A stretch of DNA of 52,121 nucleotides, the filler included, from Raja brachyura (lineage: Eukaryota): NCBI GenBank assembly GCA_963514005.1. It is 3 parts of 3 records of this genome, joined end to end, with 100 filler letters (N's around TTAATTAATTAA, not from the genome) between each part and the next. Parts side by side here need not be neighbours in the genome. Positions count along the whole stretch, not along the records: positions 27,567 to 45,891 come from CAUPSL010000643.1; 2 more parts are not named here. One strand, given 5' to 3'. Below the pieces are notes generated by a model. It did no database searches and was not told the DNA's origin. It worked only from the letters and a program-made list of their open reading frames with translations. A program made the position numbers and the translations under genes. Below, piece by piece: positions 27,895 through 40,949 of the stretch (positions within the stretch are counted from its first letter, which is position 1; every line of letters begins with the position of its first letter).

Positions 27895-28420
27895 ATTTGG
27901 TCGCTCAATTATAGAAAAGATGTCAACAAAATAGAGAGGGTACAGAGGCGATTTACTAGAATATTGCCTGGGTTTCAACAGCTAAGTTACAGAGATAGGT
28001 TGAATAAGTTAGGTCTTTATTCTCTGGAGCGCAGAAGGTTAAGGGGGGACTTGATAGAGGTCTTTAAAATGATGAGAGGGATAGACAGAGTTGATGTGGA
28101 CAAGCTTTTCCCTTTGAGAATAGGGAAGTTTCAAAACAAGAGGACATGACTTTAGAATTAAGGGACAGAGGTTTAGGGGTAACATGAGGGGGAACTTCTT
28201 TACTTAGAGAGTGGTAGCGGTGTGGAATGAGGAAGTGGTGGCGGCAGGTTCGTTGGTATCATTTAAAAATAAATTGGATAGGCATATGGATGAGAAGGGT
28301 ATGGAGGGTTATGGTGTGAGTGCAGGCAGGTGGGACTGAGGGAAAAAAGTTGTTCGACACGGACTTGAAGGGCCGAGATGGCCTGTTTCCGTGCTGTAAT
28401 TGTTATATGGTTATATGGTT
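27895..28420 (+). mobile_element. CR1-clade LINE 3' fragment, (TTATATGG)n-tailed family
   Basis: ERVQRRFTRILPG...LGLYSLERRRLRGDLIEVFK; 3' end GGCCTGTTTCCGTGCTGTAATTGTTATATGGTTATATGGTT. Confidence 0.9.
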
Positions 28421-30058
28421 ATCAATGCAAAAATTACGGTAGGATAAACATTTTAATAGCATTGATTCGGCCGATTAAAGATAAGGACATTGGTGACCAT
28501 TTAGTGAACTGTTGTTTGATATGGTCAATTAGAGGCGTACAATTGGCTTTAAATAGATCCTTGTGTTTCTTGGTAATCTTAATGCCTAAATAAGTAAATC
28601 ATTCGGTAGTCAATCTAAATGGAAACTGTCCATAATTCGAAATTAGATTGTTTAATGGAAAAAGCTCACTCTTACTAAGATTTAGTTTATAACCAGATGA
28701 ACTACTAACATGATTAAGCAGTGCTACTATTGCCAGTATAGAATTGTCTGGGTTAGAGATAAATAATAACAGATCATCTGCATAGAGATATAGCTTATAT
28801 GTCTTATTCTCACGGACAAGACCAAAAATATTAGGGGATTCCCCGATAGGGGAAACAATAGGGGGAAAAGGGGATCTCTGATTATTGGTAAGTACAGAAG
28901 CCTGGGGGATATGATATATCAGGTTGATCCAAGAGATAAATTTTGACCAGTCTTAAATGTTTCAAGTGTATTGAATAAGTATTCCCAAACTACTCTAGCA
29001 AATGTCTTCTCAGCATCAAATGAAATGACACATTCTGGAGTTGTATTTGACGCTGTATGTACAATATTAATTAATCTCCTAACGTTAAAGTATGAGTAGC
29101 GTTTTTAAATAAAACCTGCATGATCTTCTGAAATAATTTTCGGTAGAATATTTTCCAATCTCATAGCTAATATTTTTGAAATATTTTTGGAATCTACATT
29201 TAACAGGGATATAGGTCTATATGATGTCACTTCTGTAGGGCCTTTATCTTTAATAAGAATTAAAGACATATATGCTTCATAATAGGATTGTGGTAATCTA
29301 TTCATTAAAAAGGCTTCTTTAAAAACCTTGCATAGCTAGGGAAACAGTAAACTTGAGAAATACTTAACACATTCCGCTGTAAACCCATCTAAACCTGGAG
29401 ATTTACCAGAATTCATCGAAAGGATTGCTTTCTGCATTTCTTCCTCCGTGATGGGTTCATTTGGCAACTTCCGTTTCTTTAAAAACTCATGCATTATATT
29501 GGAATCAGTAGGAAATTCTGATTGGTATCGCGAGGTATACAATTCCTGAAAGGATTTATTAATTTCATCAAAGTCTACTGTCAATGTACCATTCCGTTTA
29601 CTCACTTTAATAATCTGACGTTTGGCTGATACAGCTTTCAACTGATTGGCGAGTGATTTGCCAGATTTATCGCCATGTATATAACATTCTTCTCTTGGTT
29701 TTAAGTAGTTGATTCTCAATCGGTGATACTAATAACAAATCATGTCTCAATTGACGTTCAACTCTATTCTTATAGAGCTCTGGACTAGGAGCTTTTGAAT
29801 ATTTTTTATCAATTTATTTAACCTTATCAGCCAATATACGCTTTTCATTTTGAGTTTTTTTTAAAAATCCCGCGGAGTATGAAATAATTTGTCCACGAAT
29901 ATATGCCTTAAAAGCATCCCAGACTACACCATTGGATATGTCTTCAGTAGAGTTTGTTAAGAAGAAGAAAGCAATCTGATCTTTAATAAAATTAACAACA
30001 TTTAGACTTGAAGTAGAGTAGTATTAAATAGCCATTGTTTAGCACTAAACTTGGAATA

Positions 30059-30537
30059 GAACATAGACATAGAAAACATAGAAAATAGGTGCAGGAGTAG
30101 GCCATTCGGCCCTTCGAGCCTGCACCGCCATTCAATGTGATCGTGGCTGATCATGCAACTCAGTATCCCGTACCTGCCTTATCTCCATACCCCCTGATCC
30201 CTTTAGCCACAAGTGCCACATCTAACGCCCTCTTAAATATAGCCAATGAACTGGCCTCAACTACCTTCTGTGGCAGAGAATTCCAGAGACTCACCACTCT
30301 CTGTGTAAAGAATGTTTTCCTCATTTCTGTCCTAAAGGAATTCCCCCATACCCTTAAACTGTGACCCCTTGTTCTGGACTCCCCCAACATCGGGAACAAT
30401 CTTCCAGCATCTAGCTTGTCCAACCCCTTAAGAATTTTGTAAGTTTCTATAAGATCCCCCCTCAATCTTCTAAATTCCAGCGAGTACAAGCCGAGTCTAT
30501 CCAATCTTTCCTCATATGAAAGTCCTGACATCCCAGG
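30059..30537 (-). mobile_element. CR1-clade LINE 3' fragment, (TTTCTATG)n-tailed family
   Basis: ORF 30160-30531 [29 protein letters not shown]...TRGHSL; tail reads ACATAGAA repeats on the plus strand; highly similar to 46803-47437. Confidence 0.9.
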
Positions 30538-32289
30538 TCCTGAATCCTGAATCAGGTAGTTGAATTGATAGTTTCAATGGTGCATGATCAGAAATAGCAA
30601 TTGCATCATACTCACATGCCGTGACCGATGCAACTAGCCGAGAATCTATTATAAAGTAGTCAATCCTAGAGTAACTATGATATACATGAGATTAAAAAAA
30701 AACATTATTTGTCATTTGGGTGTAGCAATCCCCAGACTTCTAACATTACAGAGTCAAGTAAAAAATAATTGAGAAAACTATCTGATTTATTTGGAAGCAC
30801 ATGCTCAGATGCAGATCTGTCCATCGAGGGATTCAAAGAGAAGTTAAAATCTCCACCCATTATCAAAAGATGTTCATTTAAATTAGGAAGGATTGGATTA
30901 ACTGTTTAAAAAACCCAGAGTGATCAATATTAGGTAAATTAACATTCACCATAACAACGTTTTGGTTATGAAGAACACCCGTGATCATCATAAATCAACC
31001 ATATCGATCAGAAATTGTTTCATAATGAACAAACGAAATTGAGGAGTCAATTAAAATAGAGACTCCTTTCAACTTTTCCAGTGAATTTGAATGAAACTGC
31101 TGTCCTCTCCAAAACTTAAAGAATCGTTGATTGTCTTCTTTCCTTACATGAGTTTCCAGATCAAAGATAATCTGAGCATTTAGTATACGAAGAACAATAA
31201 AACATATAAAGTCCTCTTAACGGGATAGTTCAGACCATTCACATTCCATGAAAGGAAGTTATTAACTTTATAAATATTGTTTGTAAAAATCACGTGGAAT
31301 GTAAAGGGTTAATTTCGTAGAGGATAGCAGTTCATGAAACTGGAAGGAGAAGAATCTAAGGCGGAGCCAGAAGTGACGACATTTCAGGCATTTTTGTAGT
31401 ACAAATTCTGTCCAGGTAGATCAAACTAAACTGAAAGCAAAAGTCCCCGCCCCCCACCCATGCAAAGCCCGAAACTGATCAGTAGACCGTCAGTACGCCA
31501 ATTACTCCCTCCCCTACCCCCATCTCTCCCAATGACAGCTCCCAACGTAAAAATAAGGCATATATACCACTCAATGGCCAACACAAATTAGTTATGGTTA
31601 AAAAGTGCATGTTAACTGTGAAAAACAAGATCTACTTCATATTACTTATCCAAGGTAAAAATATGGGGAAAAAAAACTGCTTCACATTGTTTGTCTAAAG
31701 ACAGGGGAACAATCATTCGATGGACATTTTAAAAGTAGAAGAGCTAACGAAGCAGATCTTGAAAGTTAAAATATAATACCATTACATTAAATTAACAGTA
31801 TCTTAGAGAACGTAAACGTTATGGTTTGATACCATCATACTAAATTTCTAAAAAGTAATTAAAGAATAACTCATCCAATTAAATTCTTAATCATTGACAA
31901 ATATATTGTCAAAATAGGAACAATGAATCTACAATTGTAACTTAGTCGACTATCAGTAACTCCCCGTCGCGGCTTCAGCCCCATAAGCCTCCACAAAGCT
32001 GGAAGCTTCTTGCGGATTGTTAAAAAAATTGGTTGTTACCAATAAGGAGTCCTATACACAGTCTTGCTGGATAGCGCAAGGCGGGGCGCAGCTGTTTCTT
32101 AAACAACTCAGACATTACATTATGGAAAGGCATTCTCAATCCCACAAGCTCACGGCTGTGATCAGGAACAAACCGAAACTTGCATCCATCATATTCAACC
32201 ATGCCCAGCTTTTTTGCTGCTGCACCCACTGAGTTTCTCCAGCATTTTTGTCTGCCATCGATTATTCAGCATCTGTAGTTCCTTCTTAA

Positions 32290-33395
32290 ACAATATAATA
32301 ATCTGCCTTCTTGGTCTTGCCATAAAAGTGGATAGCCTCACATGTATCCACATTATACTGCATCTGCCATGCATCTGACCACTCACCCAACCTATCCAAG
32401 TCACCATGCAGCCTCATAGCATCCTCGTCGCAGCTGACTCTGCTACCCAGCTATATGTCACCAGCAAATATGTAGATGTTACATTTAATTCCTTTGTCTA
32501 TATCGCTAATTCATATTATAAATAACTGGAGTCCCAGTACTTAACCTTGCGGCACCCCACTAGTCACTCCCTGCCATTCTGAAAATAACCTGATAATTCC
32601 TACTATTTGCTTCCAGGCTGACAACCAGTTTTTCTTCCATGTCAATAATCTACCCAAATGCCACATGTTCACATTTTTCTCACTGATCTCTTGTGTGGGA
32701 CCTTTTAAAAGGTTTTTCTGAGAGTACAGATATACCACATCTACTGGCTCATCCTTATCCATTCTACTTACTGCATTCTCAAAAAAAGTCAAGCACAATT
32801 TTCCCTGCACAAATCCATGCTGACTTTCACCGATCCTGTCACTGCTTTCCAAATGCGCTGCTATTACATTTTTTAACAATCGATTCAAGCATCTTCCCCA
32901 TTACCGATGTCGTGCTTACTGGTCTATAATTCAGTTTTTTATTTCCCTCCTTTCTTAAAAAAATGGTGTCACATTAGCTGCCCTATAATGCACAGGAACT
33001 GATCCATAGTCGAGAGAACGTTGGGAAATGATCAACATGCAACAACAGAGGAGGAAGACGAAACTGTGGTGCCTTTCATTCCGCTGTGCGGGGATGTTTA
33101 TGTTAACGACCATCTTGTTCTGTTCTCTTTTATTATTCGTATGGCTGTATGGTGAACACAAAATCCACTGTACCAATTGGTGCATGTGACAATCAATGTA
33201 CTTTGTCTTGTATTGTCTTGTATTATCATTTCTAGGCCCAGCTCCTTGAGTTCTCTTGGGTGCAGACCATCTGGCCGGAGGGAAGAATCTGCCTTCAGTT
33301 CAAGCAGTTTACCGAACACCACTTATTGGCTAATGTGGATTTCCATCAGTTGCTCCCTCCCACTAGATCTTCGGTCCACTACTATTTCTGGACAT
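32290..33395 (-). mobile_element. Older CR1 RT fragment, interrupted at about 33035-33230 by another repeat
   Basis: SQHGFVQGKLCLTFFE...VDVVYL...VTSGVPQG and RPDGLHPRELKE. Confidence 0.8.
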
Positions 33396-33459
33396 GATAA
33401 CAAGTTAATAATTTTCCTACCAAGTTAAACTGCCAGCAAATGTTACATATTGCTTCATT

Positions 33460-34435
33460 CACTCTTCGCCCTCTCTCGTTCTCTCTCCCCTTAATCCCCG
33501 CTCTAACTCTGTTTCTCTCTCTCCTCTACTCTCCCCCGCTCACTCTCACCCCCTCTCTCTATCCCTCCCTCTCTAATGCCCCCTCTCTAACCCCTCCCTC
33601 ACATCACCCTCGCTCTCCCCCTGCTGCTGACTCTCTCCGTCTCTCCCCCTCTCTCCCTATCTCTCCCTCACTCTCTCCCCCCTCTCTCCCCCCGCTCTCT
33701 CTCTCTCAACCCTCACCCTCGCCCTCACCCTCTCTCTCTCCCAACTCTATCTCACTTCTCTCTCTCCCTTTTCCCCTCTCTCCGCCACCCTCACTCTCAT
33801 TCAACCCTTTCTCTCTCTTTCCACCTCTCTCAATAGGCCTCTCTCTCTCTTTCCCCACACTCGCTCTCTCTCCCCTCCGAGTCTCCCCCTCTCCTTCTCA
33901 ACCCCTCTCTCTTTCTACCACCCCAGCTCTATCTCCCTCTCTCCCTCTCTCCGTCTCTGCCTCTCCCCCTCACCCTCAGTCTCCCACTTTCTCTCTCTCA
34001 CGCCCTCTCTCTTCCCTTCCCTCTTCACCCCCTCCCTCGCACCTCTATCTCTCTCTCCCCCTGTGCCCCCTCTATCTCCCCCTCTCCCCCTCTCCACCCT
34101 CTCTCTTTCTACCCCCTCTCCCTCTTCCACCATCTCTCTTTCTACTTCTGTCTCCTCTCTGCCCCTCTCTCTCCGTCCCCCTCACTCTCACCCTCGTCTC
34201 TCTTTCCCCCCCTCTGTCCCCATTTCCCACCCCATCTATATCTCCCTCTCCCCCTCTCGCTCCCTCTCCCCTCACTCTCCCACGTTCTGTACCCCACTCC
34301 CTACACCCTCTCTCGCCACCCTGCCCCTCTCTTTCCCCCCGTGCCCCCTCTCTCCTCCTCACTCTCTCACCCCCTCTTGTATCACCCCCATCGTTCTTTT
34401 CCCCTCTCTCCCTGCCCCCCTCACTCTCACTCTCC
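33460..34435 (+). repeat. About 1 kb polypyrimidine (CT/CCCT) low-complexity tract ending in an N gap
   Basis: Almost exclusively C/T; source of the spurious P/S/L-rich ORFs. Confidence 0.95.
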
Positions 34436-34569
34436 NNNNNNNNNNNNNNNNNNNNNNNNNNNNNNNNNNNNNNNNNNNNNNNNNNNNNNNNNNNNNNNNN
34501 NNNNNNNNNNNNNNNNNNNNNNNNNNNNNNNNNNNNNNNNNNNNNNNNNNNNNNNNNNNNNNNNNNNNC

Positions 34570-35310
34570 ACTGGCATGAACCCATATTATATATGCGCAA
34601 CATTGATGAGTGCATCCGTGCTACTGTGTGCACTAATGCATATATCACAGACCTCATTTTTTTCACTATCAATATCCATCCTTGACTAAAATTAACGTGG
34701 ACCATCTCCGATATCCCCTTTCCTTTTGTTGATCTTACCGTCTCTGTCATAGGAGATAACATATCGAGTAATATTATAAACCAACTGACTCCCTCAAATA
34801 TCCAGATTATATTTCTTCCCACCCTGCCTCCTGCAAAGACCAGATCCCCTATTCCAAATTCCATCTGTGGCGCATCTGTGTATAATATGAACTTTTGTAT
34901 ACCAGAACATCCGAGATGTCCCCATTCTTTAGGGAACAGGGGTTCCTTTCTTCCATCATAGGTGAGGCCCTCATACGGGACTCCTCGATGTCCCGCAGAT
35001 CCGGTCTTGCTTCCCCTCCCCCGAATCGCAACAGGGGCAGAGTCCCCCTCGTCCTAACCATTAACACCATTGACCTCCGAATACAGCACATAATCCTCCG
35101 AAATGTTGCCACCTCCAACGGGATTCAACTGGCTGGTTAAAATCATTTCCCATCCAAACCAACCCCCCCCCCCCTCACACGTACCTTTCCCTGCAACCGC
35201 AGGAAATATAACACCAGTCCCGATAGCTCCTCCAACGACTCTGTCCAACGACCCTGATTGCACTGTCAGGTGATGCAGAAGTTCGCATGCCACTTCTCCT
35301 GCCTCATCTA
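34570..35310 (+). mobile_element. Decayed Penelope-like element fragment (RT C-terminal half/linker)
   Basis: NIDECI (YIDD-like), SHPASCKDQIP, RTSEMSPFFREQGF and RVPLVLT; paralogous to 41000-42900. Confidence 0.75.
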
Positions 35311-35459
35311 CATGTATTTGTGTGTGTGTATATGTGTGTGTATAGTCATTTTATTGCCAGTGTATATAAGGATTATAACCAGTGTCTATAACCAGTCTCA
35401 CTCTCTCGCTCGCAATATATATATATCTATATATTTTAAATATATATGTTGTATTTATC

Positions 35460-38400
35460 AGAAGCAAATGTACAAAAATTGAACCAACGGCATATCAAAT
35501 AATAGTTTTGTAGAGCTTCATTTTTACATTTTAGCTATAGGTGAAATAAAAGGAAATGAGAAAAAGCAAGACAGAGAAAAGTGAAATGTGCAACGATAGA
35601 ACCCCAAGACTACCAAAGTGGTGTCGCCAAAGATTGAGTAAATGCAAGAAAGAAGTGAGGAATAGAAAAAAATAAGAACAATAGAAGGACAAAAAGAGAA
35701 GGAAGGAAAAAAAGTGGTGATATACCTGCCTCACGTCCCTCGCCACCCACGTCACCGAATCCGTAGATAGATTTAAATCCGAAGTGGTATTGTACCATAC
35801 TATCCTTGTAATAAATCAATGAATGGTGTCCATGCCTTACAAAGTGATCTGGTTTTCCGCCAAGACACGTCCAATATTTTGAAGATGTAGCGTCTCCGAC
35901 ATGTTTATAATCCACATTTTAAGAGTATGAACTGGTGTGTGTTTCCAAAATTTGAGTATTAATTTTTTCGCCGTTATCAGGCCATAATTAAGCAAAAGTA
36001 TTTGAAATAATGATAGCTCAGAGAATGATTCTGACTTACGAACAATAATCAATTCCGCATCGGGATCCAATTGTATTTTAGTGTTTGTGATAACATTTGA
36101 AAAATTCCTCACGAGAAATTATGTAACTTTATACAACAAACAAAGGGATGGGTTATAGTTGCTTCCTGAAGAAGACATTTATCACAAATATGAGATACAT
36201 TTGGAAATATTTTATTCAGTTTAGACTTTGAATAATAGAGTCTGTGCAGTATTTTAAATTGAATTAACGAATGCCTAACGTTAATCGAACAATTGTGTAT
36301 ATAGTGAAGGTTTTCCTGTCATCTGTCTTTTAGAATTTTTGGGCCAAGTTCATCTTCCCAAGCTCTTCTAATTACCTCTGACGATGGGATTTCTATATTT
36401 ATAAGGGCGGTATACAGATATGACATTAACTTGTTTGACTACGAGTTTCTATTCATACATTCCTCTAGTATGTCTGGATATAAAGATTAGTAGTCTTGCG
36501 TATATGATTTCAAGTAGGCTCGAATTTGAAGGTATCTAAAATATTGGTTACCTTTCAGGTGATATTTCGACTATAATTCTTGAAATGAGCGAAGAGTTCC
36601 CATCTCATAAGGATCTCCGAGTTATTTGATTCCTTATCTTTCGCAATATATGAACGTTTTGTCTAAAATCGATGCCTTGAACGAAGGTTTGTTGGCAATT
36701 GGTGAAAGACGGATACATTTCTCAGTTTAAGGGTTGACCACTTGTCTCCAGATTCATGAGGTACTGTGGATAATCGGATATTTCTTATATAGTGTTTTTT
36801 TCAAATGTATTGGAGAGAGAAGAGTCTCGCCAATATTAAAAGGCGACCAATCCTCTCTCTCCATTATGAACCATTTTACTTGTTGGCCTGTGTTGTCCAA
36901 CCAATAGATTACGTTTTTAACAGTCGTTGCCCAATAATAGTATACAAAATTAGGGAGAGCCAGTCCACCAATTTCGTTTGTTTTACATAAATGCCGTTTA
37001 TGGATTCTACATGTTTTATAATCCAAATAAAGTTTGTAATCAGAGAATCAAATTAAAAAGTACAAATTAGGTAGGTATATCGGTATTGATTGAAATAAGT
37101 ACAGGATTTGTGGGAGGAAGATCATCTTTATGGCATTTATTCCGCCTATTAGAGACATCGAAAGTGTTTTCAAAAATTGAGTAAGAGCATTTAATTTAGT
37201 AACTAAAGGAGGAAAGTGTGCGTTAAATAGGGAAGTGTATTTTCTGGTTACATAAACACCAGGATATTTGAATTTTCCGTAGCAATTCTGAAAGGGAATT
37301 TTAGGAGGTGTGTCCGGTCTTGAGGTTTTATTGACATAATTTCACTTCCTTCGAGTTAATTCTATGTCCTGAAAAGGAACCGAATTCCTCTATAAGATTT
37401 GAATATACTTGAAATGCTAACTTTTGAATTGGTGATATAGAGTAATACATCATCGGCATATAATGATAGTTTATTATTGGAGTAGTTAGTGTTATAGCCG
37501 TGAATATCCGGATGTACTCTTATAATTTCCGCCAAAGGTTCAATCGCAAGGGCAAATAACAGAGGTGATTATGCACATCCCTGTCTAATGCCCCTGGATA
37601 ACTGAAATTCAGGTGAGAGTATATGCTTAGTCAGCAATCTGGCATCGGCTTATCATATAGCAGTTTTAACCATTGAATAAAATGTTATCCCCAACAGAAA
37701 ATTTTGCAATACTGTAAAAATATATTTTCGTCCGACTTCACGAAATGCTTTTCCTGCGCCAAATAAAAGAATTGACAAGTCCTATTTTATCGTTCTATGT
37801 GAGTACATTATGTTAAAGTAGCATCTCAAATTATTAAACGAGTGTCTCTTGGCTATAAAACAGTTTGATCCGAGTGTGTTAATAACCATATAACCATATA
37901 ACAATTACAGCACGGAAACAGGCCATCTCGGCCCTTCAAGTCCATGCCGAACAACTTTTTTCCCTTAGTCCCACCTGCCTGCACTCATACCATAACCCTC
38001 CATACCCTTCTCATCCATATGCCTATCCAATTTATTTTTAAATGATACCAACGAACCTGCCGCCACCACTTCCACTGGAAGCTCTTTCCACACCGCTACC
38101 ACTCTCTGAGTAAAGAAGTTCCCCCTCATGTTACCCCTAAACCTCTGTCCCTTAATTCTAAAGTCATGTCCTCTTGTTTGAATCTTCCCTATTCTCATAG
38201 GGAAAAGCTTGTCCACATCAACTCTGTCTATCCCTCTCATCATTTTAAATACCTCTATCAAGTCCCCCCTTAACCTTCTGCGCTCCAGAGAATAAAGACC
38301 TAACTTATTCAACCTGTCTCTGTAACTTAGCTGTTGAAACCCAGGCAACATTCTAGTAAATCTCCTCTGTACCCTCTCTATTTTGTTGACATCCTTCCTA

Positions 38401-40290
38401 TAATTGGGCGACCAAAATTGTACACCATGTACGTTAATGTATTAACGTATTTACTTAATCTTCTTGCCAGAGTTTTAGCTAATATTTTCTGATCTGTATT
38501 TAACAGGGCGATTGCTCTGTATGATCCCAGATCAGCCACATATTTATCATTTTTGGGTCTAAGTGTAATTTTTTTTTCGGCTAGGCTTTGTGGTAGTGTT
38601 TGTTCTTTAAATGCGTGTATATAAAGGTTATGTAAACGTGGGGAAATTACCTCGTAAAATATTTTATAAAATTCGTTACCGGTCATGGTGTTTTGCCGTT
38701 CATCAATTAATTGATAGTCTCTTCTATTTCTTTCATTGAAATCTATGCTCGTAATTCACCCTGTTACACCGCATTAAGTGTCGGAAGATTACAGCTGTGA
38801 AGAAAGTTTGTAATTTTTCTCATTTCTGTTGATGTTCTGGATGTATATAAATGTTGATAGAATTGGGCAAATCTTTCGTTAATGTCATTTGCAAGTGGCC
38901 ACAATTCACCTTTATCTGATCTGATTTTTTGAATAGTATGATTATTTTATACTTTTCGCAACTGGCGTGCTAGAAGTTTGTGTGGTTTGTCACCGAATTC
39001 AAAGTTTTCCTGTTTAGTAATTTGAAATAATCTGATAACTCATGCAGAGAGAATTTGATTTAGCTTAAATTTTAATATCTTATTATGTATCTTATCATGT
39101 ATATCCATAGACGGATCTGTCGCGTTTTCTGAGTCCACCTGTCTGATCTGTTATTCTAGGTGCAATTGTTCCATCCTAATATTTTTGTTTTGATATGCGT
39201 GAGATGAAATGATAGAACCTCTAATAAAAGCCTTAAAATATCCCCATAATAACGAGAGCGACATACCTGAAGTATCATTGGTCTCAAGAAAGAATTCCAT
39301 CTGTTGTTTTAAATATATACAGCAATCTGGGTTGTTTAGTATTTGAGGATTAAAACTCCTTCTAGTTTTAAGTAGAAGGTTAGCAGGGAATGATCGGAAA
39401 TAGTACTAATATGGTATTTGAGATCAGATGTAAAAGATATTTATTTAGTGTCCACCAGAAAATAGTCAATGCGTGAATAACTTTTATGTACGGATGAAAA
39501 AAAGGAGTAATCTCTTCTGGATGGGTTTGCAATCCTCCATACGTCTGCTATATTTGTATTTTTTATATACATATTTAGAAGTTCGCTGGATTTTGATTTT
39601 GTGTTATATCTGTTTTGTTGTGTGGATTTATCCAAGTATTGACCCAGAACATAGTTGAAATCTCCCCCAATGATCTGGTTTTGCAAGACTCTGAAATTAT
39701 ATTAAAAATATTGTTAAAAAATTGTGTGATATCAAATTTGGGAGCGTAGATATTTACCATAGTAAGTGGGGTAGAATATATCTCCCCAGATATTATGACG
39801 GACCTACCATCTTTTATGTTTATATGGTATATCCTTACGGATTATAATTGCAGTACGTCTGGTGTTGGAGAGAAAAGCGGAGTGATATATTTGACCAATC
39901 CAGTTGGCCTTCAGCCTGGTATGAGCGTGATCTTTGAGGTGCGTCTCTAGCAAATATATTACATCAGCATTAGTTGATTTTAATTGGGCAATAACCTTAC
40001 CCCTTTTAATTGGCTCATTAACGCCCCTAATATTCCAGCTACAGAAAGTAATTCCACCAGTTTTCTTCAGTGGGTCGTCTTGCATTGTAGCTTACATGGA
40101 TTCTCTTGTTTCAGATGGGGCAACACAATAAATCAACCTTCTGGATGTTTGGTGGGTGATCGCAATTCTAAAACCCTACTGGTGTATCACAATAAAAAGT
40201 GCCATGTGAAGACAAAGCCAAGAAAGAGCTAAATGACGGAAATAATACGAATAAACTGTATTTAAGGATACTGTGTGTGCCCACCCCTGG
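35460..40290 (-). mobile_element. Decayed near-complete L1 ORF2 plus 3' UTR, with a CR1 insert
   Basis: ITFCSWNIRGVNEPIKR...ETHL, IIGGDFN, SYSRIDYFL, SYRAIALLNTDQKILAK, GGLALPNFVYYYWA and TAKKLILKFWK. Confidence 0.88.
37884..38432 (-). mobile_element. CR1 3' fragment, (TTATATGG)n family, with 6-bp TSD GTTAAT (37878-37883 / 38433-38438)
   Basis: ORF 37965-38351; near-identical to 27895-28420. Removing it restores the host frame SKYVNTLTHSDQT. Confidence 0.9.
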
Positions 40291-40949
40291 TGCNNNNNNN
40301 NNNNNNNNNNNNNNNNNNNNNNNNNNNNNNNNNNNNNNNNNNNNNNNNNNNNNNNNNNNNNNNNNNNNNNNNNNNNNNNNNNNNNNNNNNNNNNNNNNNN
40401 NNNNNNNNNNNNNNNNNNNNNNNNNNNNNNNNNNNNNNNNNNNNNNNNNNNNNNNNNNNNNNNNNNNNNNNNNNNNNNNNNNNNNNNNNNNNNNNNNNNN
40501 NNNNNNNNNNNNNNNNNNNNNNNNNNNNNNNNNNNNNNNNNNNNNNNNNNNNNNNNNNNNNNNNNNNNNNNNNNNNNNNNNNNNNNNNNNNNNNNNNNNN
40601 NNNNNNNNNNNNNNNNNNNNNNNNNNNNNNNNNNNNNNNNNNNNNNNNNNNNNNNNNNNNNNNNNNNNNNNNNNNNNNNNNNNNNNNNNNNNNNNNNNNN
40701 NNNNNNNNNNNNNNNNNNNNNNNNNNNNNNNNNNNNNNNNNNNNNNNNNNNNNNNNNNNNNNNNNNNNNNNNNNNNNNNNNNNNNNNNNNNNNNNNNNGT
40801 ACATCAGCGGAGGAATGAGTGACGTTTTCCAGAGTGAGATTTCGGGGAGACGGAGACACAGAAACAAGGAGGTAAATGAGACTTCAAATGGGGTGGAGAT
40901 CAATGAGAATGTAGAATCGATCATTGTAAGTTTGGAGAAGGCGACAACA

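Larger units (their letters stand above)
27600..32230 (-). mobile_element. Decayed L1-clade LINE (ORF1 C-terminus, spacer, ORF2 endonuclease + RT), interrupted by two CR1 inserts
   Basis: ORF1-like FRFVPDHSRELVGLRMPF...LRYPARL (32020-32229). ORF2 fragments HGDKSGKSLANQL, MNSGKSPGLDGFTAE and SYRPISLLNVDSK, with many stops and frameshifts. Confidence 0.85.

Noticed and set aside
24900-32000. Broken HoxA cluster / loss of HoxA7 with LINE invasion
   Set aside because: The transition coincides exactly with a synthetic linker, so the scaffold simply ends.
33440-34689. Long 379-aa and 208-aa P/S/L-rich ORFs
   Set aside because: By-products of a CT-rich tract that cannot encode stops, extended by Ns.
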